In this document: in pieces, positions 39,001-48,060 of the stretch
Position numbering within the stretch: position 1 is the first letter of the stretch
How the letters are laid out: each line of letters starts with the position of its first letter
Assembly: GCA_964519505.1 (NCBI GenBank)
Contig: CAZFJX010000006.1
Coordinates: 29,899-93,898 of the forward strand
DNA: 64,000 nucleotides
Direction: 5' to 3'
DNA from: an uncultured Desulfurococcales archaeon
GTDB taxonomy: Archaea > Thermoproteota > Thermoprotei_A > Sulfolobales > CAZFJX01
Translations under genes and position numbers: made by a program
Notes under the pieces: generated by a model
Database searches by the model: none
Seen by the model: only the letters and a program-made list of their open reading frames with translations
What the model was told of the DNA's origin: nothing

Positions 39001-39624
39001 ATGGGTAAGTTAAGAATAGGTTTAGTCAGTAAATCCCCTAGGCGGTATAAGCTATTGAAGGAATTAGGTTTTGATGTAGTAGTATTAAGTCATGAGGTAA
39101 CAACCGAGGATGTCGAGGTAACAACCACGGATCCATGCTCATTAGTTATTAAGAATGCTATGAGGAAATTAAGGAGTGCTAGTAAGATCCCTAAAGATAT
39201 TGACTATCTGCTAGCCATTGATACTATGGTATTCATAGACGATAAGGCCTTAAGTAAACCGTCAAGTAAGCATGGTGCTCTTACCTACCTTAAATTCCTT
39301 AATGGTAAGTGCCATGAGGTCTACAGCGGTGTTGCCTTAAGGAGGGTTAGTGATGGTGTAGAAGTAACTGGGTGTGAAGGTACGGTTGTTTGTTTTGATG
39401 TAATTGATGATGAGGCTTTAAGGTTGTATGTCGAAACTGGCGAGCCTATGGATAAGGCTGGCGCGTATGCCATACAGGATTTAGGTAAGTTACTTGTTAA
39501 GGAAGTCCATGGTGATTTCTACAATGTTATGGGGTTACCTATAGTACTGCTTAAGAGGCTATTTAAGGAGTTAGGTCTTGATTTTACCAAATATACCTAT
39601 GAGCAGTGTCTCAAGGATAAATAA
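39001..39624 (+). CDS. maf: Maf-like nucleoside triphosphate pyrophosphatase
   Basis: Maf family motifs SKSPRR, DTMV and KAGAYAIQ. Confidence 0.85.
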   Translation: MGKLRIGLVSKSPRRYKLLKELGFDVVVLSHEVTTEDVEVTTTDPCSLVIKNAMRKLRSASKIPKDIDYLLAIDTMVFIDDKALSKPSSKHGALTYLKFLNGKCHEVYSGVALRRVSDGVEVTGCEGTVVCFDVIDDEALRLYVETGEPMDKAGAYAIQDLGKLLVKEVHGDFYNVMGLPIVLLKRLFKELGLDFTKYTYEQCLKDK

Positions 39625-39652
39625 TAGCTTAAGGCTAGAATAGATTTTACTG

Positions 39653-41632
39653 GTGGAGGTAGTGGGCAGTGCCAAAAGGACATACTTAACGTTAGTACTG
39701 CTAATATTATTAACCATAAATGTTTACTTTACTTATGCTCAATGCATTATATCATCGAGAAGCAACATAGCATTAGCAGTTACCTCAACACCCGAAGGAT
39801 ATAAAGGCGTACCAACAAACCTAACAGTATCAATACTTTACCCAGGGTACGGTGATGTATATGTTTCAAGTAAACCACTTTCAGAACTTGACTTCCAGTC
39901 GTCAGCTAGGATAGCTTACCTAGTCGCTTCATACGTTGCTAACGTAAACCCAAAGAATTATGACGTACTCATATCCATAAGCGCTCCAACAACCATAATT
40001 GGAGGTCCATCAGCTGGTGGTGTAATGACAGTCACCATAGCAGCATCATTGATGAACTTAAGTCTAAGGGGTGATGTGGCCATGACCGGAACCATAAACT
40101 TAGACGGTACTATAGGTCCTGTTGGTGGTTTATTAGAGAAAATGTATGCGGCTAAGGAGGCTGGTAAGAAGTACTTCCTAATTCCTGCTGGGCAATCATT
40201 AACCTATAGGACACGTGTTATTGAAGAGAGGCGTGGTGCTGTGGTCATTACTAAAGTTGTTAGGGAGCCTGTCAATTTAACTGAGTTAGGTAGGGAGATA
40301 GGTATTGAGGTCGTTGAGGTCGGTAATGTATATGACGCACTTAAGTACTTCACGGGATTAAGTATTAGAAGTAAGTTACCCTTCAAGGAGCCTAGGCTAA
40401 GCATTAAGTATATTGTGGTCTTGGAGAAATGGGTAAAGTACTTCAATAGCACGTATAGTGAGTTATTAGCTAATTTAACTATGAAGTTAGATAAAGTACC
40501 ATTAACCTACAGGGACTTCTTCAATAACAATATAGAACGAGCTAAAGGACTCTATGGAAACTTCGTTAAGTACCTGAATGAAGAGAGATATTATTCAGCG
40601 ATATCGAATTTATTTGTGGCGACATACATACTTGATTTCTTAGATACATTAATTGACGTTTACGTACTTAACAATAGGGAAGTACTTAATGAGTTGATTA
40701 ATGAGATTAATGAAAGTTTAGCTAATGTTAAAAATTCTTTATTTAATGTAAGTACGGATAACTTAAACGATATCTCTATATTAGCTGAGGCCAGACTGCG
40801 TTATTATGAGGCTGAGGAAAGTTTTAATGAGTCATTAACATACTTAAGGAGTAATGATTTAGTGAGTGCTGTTAATAGCTTAGTATACTGTAAGTGGAGG
40901 TTAGTGACTGTTAAGACATGGCTTGACTTCATAGGTAAGGGAGTAAGTATTAACGTTTCTCAAGCAACTATTAAGGAATTGACAGAGTACTTAGTGCTTT
41001 ACGCTGAGTCAGCATATCAGTACGCATCATTACTTATTGGGGGAGGAAGAAGCGCAAATCTAGATAATGCTGGAGAGTTTCTAAGTAAGGCTAAGGAGCT
41101 ATTAAATGAAGGCGATTACTACGCATCATTAAGTTACTCAATAAGTTCTATAGCTTACTCTCTAACAGCTATTCATGAAGTATATACAGGCAACTTGGGC
41201 GTTGTAATTGAGAATCTAAAAGACGTAGTATATATAGCCTACGGTTATGCACTGCTTAATAACCTGTCAGTACTACCAGCTTTAAGCTATTTCGAAAGAG
41301 CTAAAGTTCTTGAGGAGGAGGGTGATTACTTATCGGCCATATACTTCTACGAATTAAGTGCAGTTACTATGAGATCGTACTACTTACTAAGAATACTTCA
41401 AGGAAACGTAAAAACCCGGAGCGAGGTAAGTAATTTAAGTACGACTTCCCCCTCCATAATAACCACAACTTCAAAACCTGAAGTGGGTACCCCAACAACT
41501 AAGGAGGTAACGAGCATTAAGGGACAAGGCATTCATGACATACTAAACTTCTTAATACTTATCACGACCTTAATAATCATAGGGGTCATCTTAACATTAA
41601 TCTTAAGTAAGTCAAGAGTAAGCCATACCTAA
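39653..41632 (+). CDS. Extracellular, membrane-anchored S16 (Lon-like) serine protease with large helical domain
   Basis: N-terminal signal/TM. Lon proteolytic-domain core GGPSAGGVMTVTIAASL...GDVAMTGTINLDGTIGPVGGLLEKMYAAKEAGKKYFLIP (Ser-Lys dyad context). About 330 aa of helical repeats, then a Ser/Thr-rich linker and a C-terminal TM with basic tail. Confidence 0.7.
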   Translation: MEVVGSAKRTYLTLVLLILLTINVYFTYAQCIISSRSNIALAVTSTPEGYKGVPTNLTVSILYPGYGDVYVSSKPLSELDFQSSARIAYLVASYVANVNPKNYDVLISISAPTTIIGGPSAGGVMTVTIAASLMNLSLRGDVAMTGTINLDGTIGPVGGLLEKMYAAKEAGKKYFLIPAGQSLTYRTRVIEERRGAVVITKVVREPVNLTELGREIGIEVVEVGNVYDALKYFTGLSIRSKLPFKEPRLSIKYIVVLEKWVKYFNSTYSELLANLTMKLDKVPLTYRDFFNNNIERAKGLYGNFVKYLNEERYYSAISNLFVATYILDFLDTLIDVYVLNNREVLNELINEINESLANVKNSLFNVSTDNLNDISILAEARLRYYEAEESFNESLTYLRSNDLVSAVNSLVYCKWRLVTVKTWLDFIGKGVSINVSQATIKELTEYLVLYAESAYQYASLLIGGGRSANLDNAGEFLSKAKELLNEGDYYASLSYSISSIAYSLTAIHEVYTGNLGVVIENLKDVVYIAYGYALLNNLSVLPALSYFERAKVLEEEGDYLSAIYFYELSAVTMRSYYLLRILQGNVKTRSEVSNLSTTSPSIITTTSKPEVGTPTTKEVTSIKGQGIHDILNFLILITTLIIIGVILTLILSKSRVSHT

Positions 41633-41688
41633 TCCACATTTCTAAGTTACTAATCATTATAACCTTAGGATCACTATATTTCTAGGAA

Positions 41689-42408
41689 TTGGTTAAAGTG
41701 TTTGGTTTTGATTCAAAGGAATTAGAAAGAGTTTCAGTAAGTGGTAAGGTATTTAGGTTAGGGGATTTTATAGTAGGTGAGTCTAGAGCTAAATACCCAG
41801 TAATTATTGAACTAAATTCTGTAGTTAAGACCTCATTAAGGAGTAAGGGCAAGTATGAAGTTATAGCTACATATAGGGATAGCATACATGTTGAGCCAGG
41901 GAATGAATTTAGGCTAAGAATACCTAGTGATTACCCACCATCAGTAGTGACTAGATGCTTTAGTGTCTCTTGGTCATTAATCGTAGGGGTACCTAGATTT
42001 AAAGGGAAGGTGTTATTCCCTAAGAAGGAGTTAAGGATTAGAGTATTACCACCTCTAAGTGATAAAGGGTATAAAGTAAAGCCTGGTGGTGAAATCGTTG
42101 TCAGAGTCAACAAGCATTTAGTTAAACCTATAGCGTTACTCTATATTAGGGAATGGCTTAACGACGGCGTTAGGGAGTATAGTGATACGTATGAGTTTAC
42201 GTCATCAAGTAAGTACATGGTTAGCGCTGGTATAACTTCAATAAGTATTAAATTACCTCAAGAGACCATGACAGGTACAGAAGAGATTTACTACCCACTC
42301 ACATTTAAGGCTAAGGTAGGTGACTTAACCTATGGCATTACCTCCTGGATAATTATCGAGTCAGAAAACTATAGAGGCATTATGATACCTGTCATCATAT
42401 ATTTATGA
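41689..42408 (+). CDS. Hypothetical beta-rich protein, possibly arrestin/Spo0M-like fold
   Basis: The alternating beta-strand pattern and FRLRIPSDYPPSV....SVSWSLIVGV resemble the 'F.lP...PPS...i.Y.l' signature of arrestin-N/Spo0M domains. Weak, by eye only. Confidence 0.35.
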   Translation: MVKVFGFDSKELERVSVSGKVFRLGDFIVGESRAKYPVIIELNSVVKTSLRSKGKYEVIATYRDSIHVEPGNEFRLRIPSDYPPSVVTRCFSVSWSLIVGVPRFKGKVLFPKKELRIRVLPPLSDKGYKVKPGGEIVVRVNKHLVKPIALLYIREWLNDGVREYSDTYEFTSSSKYMVSAGITSISIKLPQETMTGTEEIYYPLTFKAKVGDLTYGITSWIIIESENYRGIMIPVIIYL

Positions 42409-43425
42409 ACTCATCCTGTACGGAAGGGATGCCTCTCTTAAAGCTATTTCTAACACAGAATCATCTACGCCTCCTTTCAACTTAGCTACAATAAGTGATT
42501 CATGACCACCTACATCTTCAATAATGCCTAAATCACGTAATTTAATAGCCATCCTGTAAGGAACCCCTTTCCTACCTTTAATTATCAGGAGGTCGTACCC
42601 TCTCTTAGGTACCCTGAGAGCTATAGTTGACTTAAGTATATAGTATATCTTAGACGCTAAAACAGTCGAGCTAAATGCATAATCTTTCTTCTTAAGCCTT
42701 ATGTACTTAACGTAACCGACCTTCTTAGCTGTCATTGAAAGGTCTAATGCTATTTCCTTTACCTCCTTATCTAACTTCTTGGCTAACTCGCTAACCTTAC
42801 TTAATATCTTAGTTACTGACTTACGCGGTATAAGGGACTTCTCTGAAAGCCATCCCAAGAGTTCAAGCCATAGGGCCTCATCCTTAGCTACGGCTAAAGC
42901 TTTAGATATCTCGATTACTAACTCACCAATCTTCTCTAATGATGACGGTACCTTAACACCTTCATCCATATATGTAATTACCTTAGCGAAAGCCTCAAGC
43001 CTAGGAGTCACTCTACCACCTAACGATCTTATCTTCTCATAGACTATTCTCGTGGTTGGTGATGGGTTTATTAAGATAGAGTTTACACACTTTTCCAACT
43101 TATCTACATTATCGAACGTACTGATGTGATGATCAACATAAATTATTAAGGTATCTTTACATACCTTCTTAAACCCTTTCAAAACACGCTCTAAACTTCT
43201 CACGTAGGGTAAATCAAGAAGTACTAATGCCTTAGGGCATCTACTAATATCTCTTAAGACCTTACCTAGGTTTCTTGATGTAGTTGGTGCTGCCTTGACT
43301 ACATACTTACTGCTTAATGGGTAAAGTCCTAGAGACTCTTGAGAATATTTTACTAGGGCTGAAGATACTAGGCCATCAGCATCCCAATCACCAAGAACAT
43401 ATACGTAATCCTCTACATTACCCAT
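42403..43425 (-). CDS. DHH-family phosphoesterase (RecJ/Cdc45-like)
   Basis: DHH motifs I-III are present: GDWDADGLVSSAL, LVLLDLP, IIYVDHHI. Confidence 0.7.
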   Translation of the reverse strand: MGNVEDYVYVLGDWDADGLVSSALVKYSQESLGLYPLSSKYVVKAAPTTSRNLGKVLRDISRCPKALVLLDLPYVRSLERVLKGFKKVCKDTLIIYVDHHISTFDNVDKLEKCVNSILINPSPTTRIVYEKIRSLGGRVTPRLEAFAKVITYMDEGVKVPSSLEKIGELVIEISKALAVAKDEALWLELLGWLSEKSLIPRKSVTKILSKVSELAKKLDKEVKEIALDLSMTAKKVGYVKYIRLKKKDYAFSSTVLASKIYYILKSTIALRVPKRGYDLLIIKGRKGVPYRMAIKLRDLGIIEDVGGHESLIVAKLKGGVDDSVLEIALREASLPYRMSS

Positions 43426-43444
43426 CTTAAATACCTCATGAGGA

Positions 43445-44005
43445 TTAAATAGATATCTTAAACTCCTTTACGCTTAACTTGCCTAATCCCCTATCTAGTT
43501 CGTAAAGTAATAATTTAAGTGTAGGTTCTGAGTAATAAGCGATTATTAATGATGGTTTCATAGAGCCCCCACAACCACTCCATGTACCTGTCAATGATCC
43601 CGGATTTATATGGTAAATACCTTGGTACTCCTTAATGAAGGGGTCATGCGTATGACCGCTAATAAGTATCTTAACTCCCAACTCTCTCGCTAGAAGGGTT
43701 AACTTCCTAATGTTTCCCCTAGGATATACTTGATCACCATGAACTACACCGAAATCGCACTTACCTAACTTAAATACCTCACTTATGGGTAGCCCTAACC
43801 AATCCATATTACCTTCAACAGCATAAACCTCACGTCCTAAACTCTTAACCCACCTATAGATCTCCTCAGAGGTATAGTCACCTGTATGTATAACTATGTC
43901 GTAAGGTCTTTCACTCTCTATAATCTTGAGTAGTTGCCTAGGTATCTCTAAAGCCCTATCAGGTATGTGAGTATCACCTATTATTAATAACTTCCTACTC
44001 ACCAC
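43445..44005 (-). CDS. Metallophosphoesterase, YfcE/MJ0936 family
   Basis: GDTHIP, HTGD, GNMD and GHTH motifs of calcineurin-like phosphoesterases. 186 aa. Confidence 0.8.
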   Translation of the reverse strand: MVSRKLLIIGDTHIPDRALEIPRQLLKIIESERPYDIVIHTGDYTSEEIYRWVKSLGREVYAVEGNMDWLGLPISEVFKLGKCDFGVVHGDQVYPRGNIRKLTLLARELGVKILISGHTHDPFIKEYQGIYHINPGSLTGTWSGCGGSMKPSLIIAYYSEPTLKLLLYELDRGLGKLSVKEFKISI

Positions 44006-44102
44006 AGCTTCAGATTATATTACTATATTCACAACCTTATAAGCAAGTTAACTAAAACTTCATTAGTCCCCACATAAACCTAATCAGTGTAAGGGCTTAC
44101 CA

Positions 44103-45056
44103 ATGCTGATAAGAGTCTCTTACGGAACCCTAATAACATTAAGAGGTGATGGTGTTCTTAGTAAGGTTGCTTACCTACTCCAATACTCAGAGAACGGTTG
44201 CTTAGGTAACTGCGCATTCTGCCCTCAATCACGTACATCAAAATCAAGTAGGGAGTTACTATCGAGGGTTGTCTGGCCAGCCCAAAACCTAAGTGATATT
44301 ATTAAGTTATTAAGAAGTAGCTCAGTTATTAAGAGGGTATGTCTCCAGACCCTAATCACCAAGGACTACCCTAATGATATATACGTATTAATTAAGGAGT
44401 TAAATAAGTGTGGGAAGCCTCTATCGCTATCAATAACCCCAGTCCCTAAGGAGTTCTTACTTAAGGTTAGGAACCTAGGCGTTGATTACTTAGGTATAGG
44501 TCTAGACTCCATAGACCCCAATGTGTTCCTAAAATTAAGGAAGCCTTACGGTTGGGCTAAGTACTTCGATTTCATTAATGAGTCTGTTAAGGTCTTCGGT
44601 AAAGATAGGGTTGTTACACACGTAATTATAGGGCTGGGTGAGGATATAGGTACGTCCATTAAAGTACTAAAATACATTAGAGAGTTGGGGTCATTAATAT
44701 CTCTCTTCGCATTCACACCAATTAAGGGTACCGCCCTTGAGAGCCTTACGAGGCCTAACTTGAGGTACTATAGGTTTATGCAGGTAATTACACATTTACT
44801 CAATAGGGGCTTACTAAATATAGGTGATTATGTAGTAGTTAAGGGCTGCAAATTCGGTTTTAGGAAGAGAATCATGGGGTTACTAAATGACGAGGTTTTA
44901 GTGAAGTCCTTGATAGTTAATGGTTGTCCATACTGCAATAGGCCTTACTATACGGAGTCACCTAAAGGTCCTTACTACAACTACCCGAGACCTGAGTATA
45001 TTAGGGCTAACTTAAGTAATGAATGGAAGTTAATTAAGGGGTTAATTATTGAGTAG
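44103..45056 (+). CDS. Radical SAM protein, biotin-synthase-related (candidate LipS-type)
   Basis: CxxxCxxC at CLGNCAFCPQ, TIM-barrel-like length (317 aa), extra C-terminal CxxC (NGCPYCN). 8-nt overlap with the next radical-SAM gene. Confidence 0.7.
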   Translation: MLIRVSYGTLITLRGDGVLSKVAYLLQYSENGCLGNCAFCPQSRTSKSSRELLSRVVWPAQNLSDIIKLLRSSSVIKRVCLQTLITKDYPNDIYVLIKELNKCGKPLSLSITPVPKEFLLKVRNLGVDYLGIGLDSIDPNVFLKLRKPYGWAKYFDFINESVKVFGKDRVVTHVIIGLGEDIGTSIKVLKYIRELGSLISLFAFTPIKGTALESLTRPNLRYYRFMQVITHLLNRGLLNIGDYVVVKGCKFGFRKRIMGLLNDEVLVKSLIVNGCPYCNRPYYTESPKGPYYNYPRPEYIRANLSNEWKLIKGLIIE

Positions 45057-45888
45057 GCCCTTAGCTTTCATACCTGAACCTAAATACATACCGGTAAGCA
45101 TAACTGGAGCTAAGTGCGAACTTAACTGCCTCAACTGTAGGGGTAGATACCTTAAGACCATGATTCCTGCTAAGACCCCTAAGAGACTGAAGGAGGTATT
45201 ACTAAGGCATTGGTTAAGAGGTGGTTATGGAGCCTTAATTAGTGGTGGCTTTACCAAGAAGGGGGTTTTGCCCATATCTAAAGAGTTTATTGAAGTGATT
45301 AAGTACATGAAGAAAGAGACAAACCTACTTATCAGCATACACACGGGTCTCATAAGTAAGGAACTCATTTTAGAGCTTTACAGTGCTGGTGTTGACTTTA
45401 TAGATTTTGAGGTACCACCGTCGAATAACTTCTTACGTAAGGTAAAGAACTTAATGAATCTTGATGTGAGCATGTATATTAAGACCCTCCAATACATGCT
45501 GACCTTACGTAAAGATTTCGCAATACCTCACATAATTATCGGTAATAAATATAGTACGTCAAATGAGGAGTTAAGTATCCTGGAAGAAATCTCCAACTTA
45601 AACCCATACATGGTGACTGTGCTTGCTGAGATACATATATATAAAGGCATTGAAGACCTAATTACTAGGGTTATTAATTCATTAAAATACCTAAGAAGTA
45701 TATTTAGAGGTGAAGTCGCCTTAGGATGCATGAGGCCCTTTAGGTTTAAGTACTTAATTGATAAACTAATTATTTCTGAAGGTTTAGTAGATAGAATAGC
45801 TAATCCCCATCCTTATGTGGCTAGGAAGTTTAAGTTAAGAACCTTAAATCTTTGCTGCAGTGTTCCTAATCTAAGTAAGTACATTTGA
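45049..45888 (+). CDS. Radical SAM protein, biotin-synthase-related (candidate LipS-type partner)
   Basis: CxxxCxxC at CELNCLNCRG, GGYGALISGG glycine-rich SAM-binding-like stretch. 279 aa. Confidence 0.65.
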   Translation: MSRPLAFIPEPKYIPVSITGAKCELNCLNCRGRYLKTMIPAKTPKRLKEVLLRHWLRGGYGALISGGFTKKGVLPISKEFIEVIKYMKKETNLLISIHTGLISKELILELYSAGVDFIDFEVPPSNNFLRKVKNLMNLDVSMYIKTLQYMLTLRKDFAIPHIIIGNKYSTSNEELSILEEISNLNPYMVTVLAEIHIYKGIEDLITRVINSLKYLRSIFRGEVALGCMRPFRFKYLIDKLIISEGLVDRIANPHPYVARKFKLRTLNLCCSVPNLSKYI

Positions 45889-45944
45889 TTATGATCGTTA
45901 CTTTAATAAGTTCACTGATTGTTTATTTACTGGTGTCTTAATTA

Positions 45945-46889
45945 TTGAATATCAAGGAGTTACTAAGTAAGGCGCTGAGTAGGGATAAGTTTTGGTTAGC
46001 TAAGCTAATCTCATTACTTGAGGCTAACCCGGAACTTCTTCTTGAGTACGGGGACTTGATTTGGAAAAGGAGCGGTAGGGCCCATGTGATTGGTGTCACT
46101 GGTGTTGGTGGTGCCGGTAAATCCACCTTAATAGCTTCTTTAGTTAGATTAATGAGAAGCGATGGTAAGTACATAGGTATTGTCTCTATAGACCCCTCAT
46201 CACCTTACTCAGGGGGAGCTATCCTAGGTGATAGGGTCAGGATTCAGAAGTCTATTAATTCAGGCATATATATGAGGTCGGTAACAGCCCCACCGGAGGA
46301 GGTCCTGCCCTGGAAGGCTTTAGTTACTTTGGAAGTTCTCGATGCCGCAGGTTTTGACTACATAATTGTTGAGACTGTAGGTGCTGCTCAATCAAGTGTT
46401 GATGTAGCTAACTTAGTAGACACTATAGTCGTGGTTATAGTCCCTGGTACTGGTGACGATATTCAGGCACTTAAAGCAGGTCTAATGGAGATAGGCGACA
46501 TATACGTGATTAGTAAGTGCGATAAACCCGAGGCTGAAGTTACGTATCTGCAGGTAAAGACCGTCCTTGGAGGCATTGTTAGGGATGGGTGGGAGGTACC
46601 CATACTTATGACTTCAGCATTAATGAATAAAGGGATTAAAGAGCTATACAGTAAGATACTTGAGCACCACGAGTTTATGATTAAGAAGGGTATTTTAGAG
46701 ATTAGGCGTAGAAGGCGCTATGCTAAGGAGGTTGAGTTAATGGCTCTAGAGTTAATGAAGAGGAGGATAAGGGAGTTGATGGAGGAGGATAAGGAGTTAA
46801 GGGGTTTGATTAATAAGGTTATTAGTAAGGAGGTTAATCCCTTTAAGGTAGCGCACCAGATAGTTAAGGCGCTATTAGGTGGTAGGTGA
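45945..46889 (+). CDS. meaB: MeaB/ArgK-type G3E-family GTPase (metallochaperone)
   Basis: P-loop GVTGVGGAGKSTL, switch regions SIDPSSPYSGGAILGDR and VETVGAAQS, NKxD-like SKCD. Confidence 0.85.
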   Translation: MNIKELLSKALSRDKFWLAKLISLLEANPELLLEYGDLIWKRSGRAHVIGVTGVGGAGKSTLIASLVRLMRSDGKYIGIVSIDPSSPYSGGAILGDRVRIQKSINSGIYMRSVTAPPEEVLPWKALVTLEVLDAAGFDYIIVETVGAAQSSVDVANLVDTIVVVIVPGTGDDIQALKAGLMEIGDIYVISKCDKPEAEVTYLQVKTVLGGIVRDGWEVPILMTSALMNKGIKELYSKILEHHEFMIKKGILEIRRRRRYAKEVELMALELMKRRIRELMEEDKELRGLINKVISKEVNPFKVAHQIVKALLGGR

Positions 46890-46895
46890 GGTATT

Positions 46896-47405
46896 TTGAG
46901 GCTCAGTATTAGGTTAGTTAAAATAGCTTTAATAACAGCTATATATGCGGCGGTAACAACATTGCTAATGCCTATCTCTTACGGGTTGATACAGGTTAGG
47001 GTTAGTGATGTCTTAATGCCCTTACCTTACATACGTTTCTTCGGTATTGAGGCAGTCATAGGGTTAACCTTAGGCACGCTAATAGCTAACCTAATGTCCC
47101 CATTCGGAATACCTGACGTGATTCTAGGCTCGCTAGCTAATTTAATATCAGGTCTTGGTAGTTACCTCATCGGCAAGTACTTAGGTGGTAAGGTCGTTGG
47201 AAGGGTATTGGCTTGTTTGATCCCCGTAGCTGTTATCTCTTTCATAATAGGGTATGTGCTTCTCGGCATCATATATTACGAATTTATTGGTGTAGAGCCT
47301 TTAATGGCTATGGGGTTTGTAGCTATTGGTGAGGCTATATCGGCGGGTATAGGTGGTTTCTTACTAATTACGTATTTGGAGAAGACATTAGGTATGCGTA
47401 AGTAG
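46896..47405 (+). CDS. queT: QueT-like membrane transporter (ECF S-component type)
   Basis: 169 aa, about 5 TM. The N-terminal pattern KIALITAIYAAVTTLLMPISYGLIQVRVSDVL resembles the QueT family. Confidence 0.6.
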   Translation: MRLSIRLVKIALITAIYAAVTTLLMPISYGLIQVRVSDVLMPLPYIRFFGIEAVIGLTLGTLIANLMSPFGIPDVILGSLANLISGLGSYLIGKYLGGKVVGRVLACLIPVAVISFIIGYVLLGIIYYEFIGVEPLMAMGFVAIGEAISAGIGGFLLITYLEKTLGMRK

Positions 47406-47458
47406 TTCTTTTAGGGTTAGTTACTTAGAGGTTAAAAATTCATTCTCGATTTAAAGTT

Positions 47459-47956
47459 ATGGGTTGGGGCCCAGTCATGGTTAAGATCGCTAAGTTAGCC
47501 GCCATGGTCCTATTGATAGTCATAGTGCTATTAGCGTCTATATCCGTAGTCATTAACTATGTCATCAGGTTATTCAGCCCTAATACACCACTACCTACGG
47601 AAGTAACTACCTATCCCATGCCTCACGTATATATAGTCGATATAGTGCCCACACCGCCTAACATGCTCTCAATCTATATAGAGAATAGCGGTAGTGTCGA
47701 TGGGGTTATACGTAACATAAAGATAAGGTTTAAGGGTAAACTATATGTAATTAACTTAAGTAAGTTAAACATATCGCCACCACTTAAGGTCGTTAATAAG
47801 ACCATAATCGTACCAGGAGGCTCTTTCGGAACCATAGATGTTACTACAGACTTCAACTTCACACTCGGTGATAGGTTCATAGTATTTATTTACTTCCTTA
47901 AGAACGATATGATAGTAGATCGGCGTGAAGTAATAGTGACTAAGGGTGAGGCTTAG
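47459..47956 (+). CDS. Hypothetical N-terminally anchored exported protein
   Basis: 165-aa ORF with an N-terminal TM (AAMVLLIVIVLLASISVVI) followed by a beta-rich domain with N-x-S/T sequons. Confidence 0.4.
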   Translation: MGWGPVMVKIAKLAAMVLLIVIVLLASISVVINYVIRLFSPNTPLPTEVTTYPMPHVYIVDIVPTPPNMLSIYIENSGSVDGVIRNIKIRFKGKLYVINLSKLNISPPLKVVNKTIIVPGGSFGTIDVTTDFNFTLGDRFIVFIYFLKNDMIVDRREVIVTKGEA

Positions 47957-47959
47957 CGT

Positions 47960-48022
47960 GTTAGGGATGATGAAGACCTTTGGAGAAGATGGGTGATTAA
48001 ATGGTGGAGTACTGACTAAAGC
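47960..48022 (+). ncRNA. Candidate C/D-box sRNA (2'-O-methylation guide)
   Basis: C box AUGAUGA 47967-47973. 12-nt guide 47974-47985. D' AAGA 47986-47989. 3-nt loop. C' GUGAUUA 47993-47999. 12-nt guide 48000-48011. D box CUGA 48012-48015. Flanks TTAG/CTAA can pair. Confidence 0.55.
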
Positions 48023-48060
48023 AGTCAAGCTTAATTAGGATTAGCACACCTTAATTCACG

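Noticed and set aside
47765-48028. 87-aa minus-strand ORF spanning the 3' end of 47459..47956 and the spacer
   Set aside because: It overlaps a better + strand ORF and the C/D-box motif set, and its composition is poor (S/P/T/Y-rich with no domain). It was treated as spurious.
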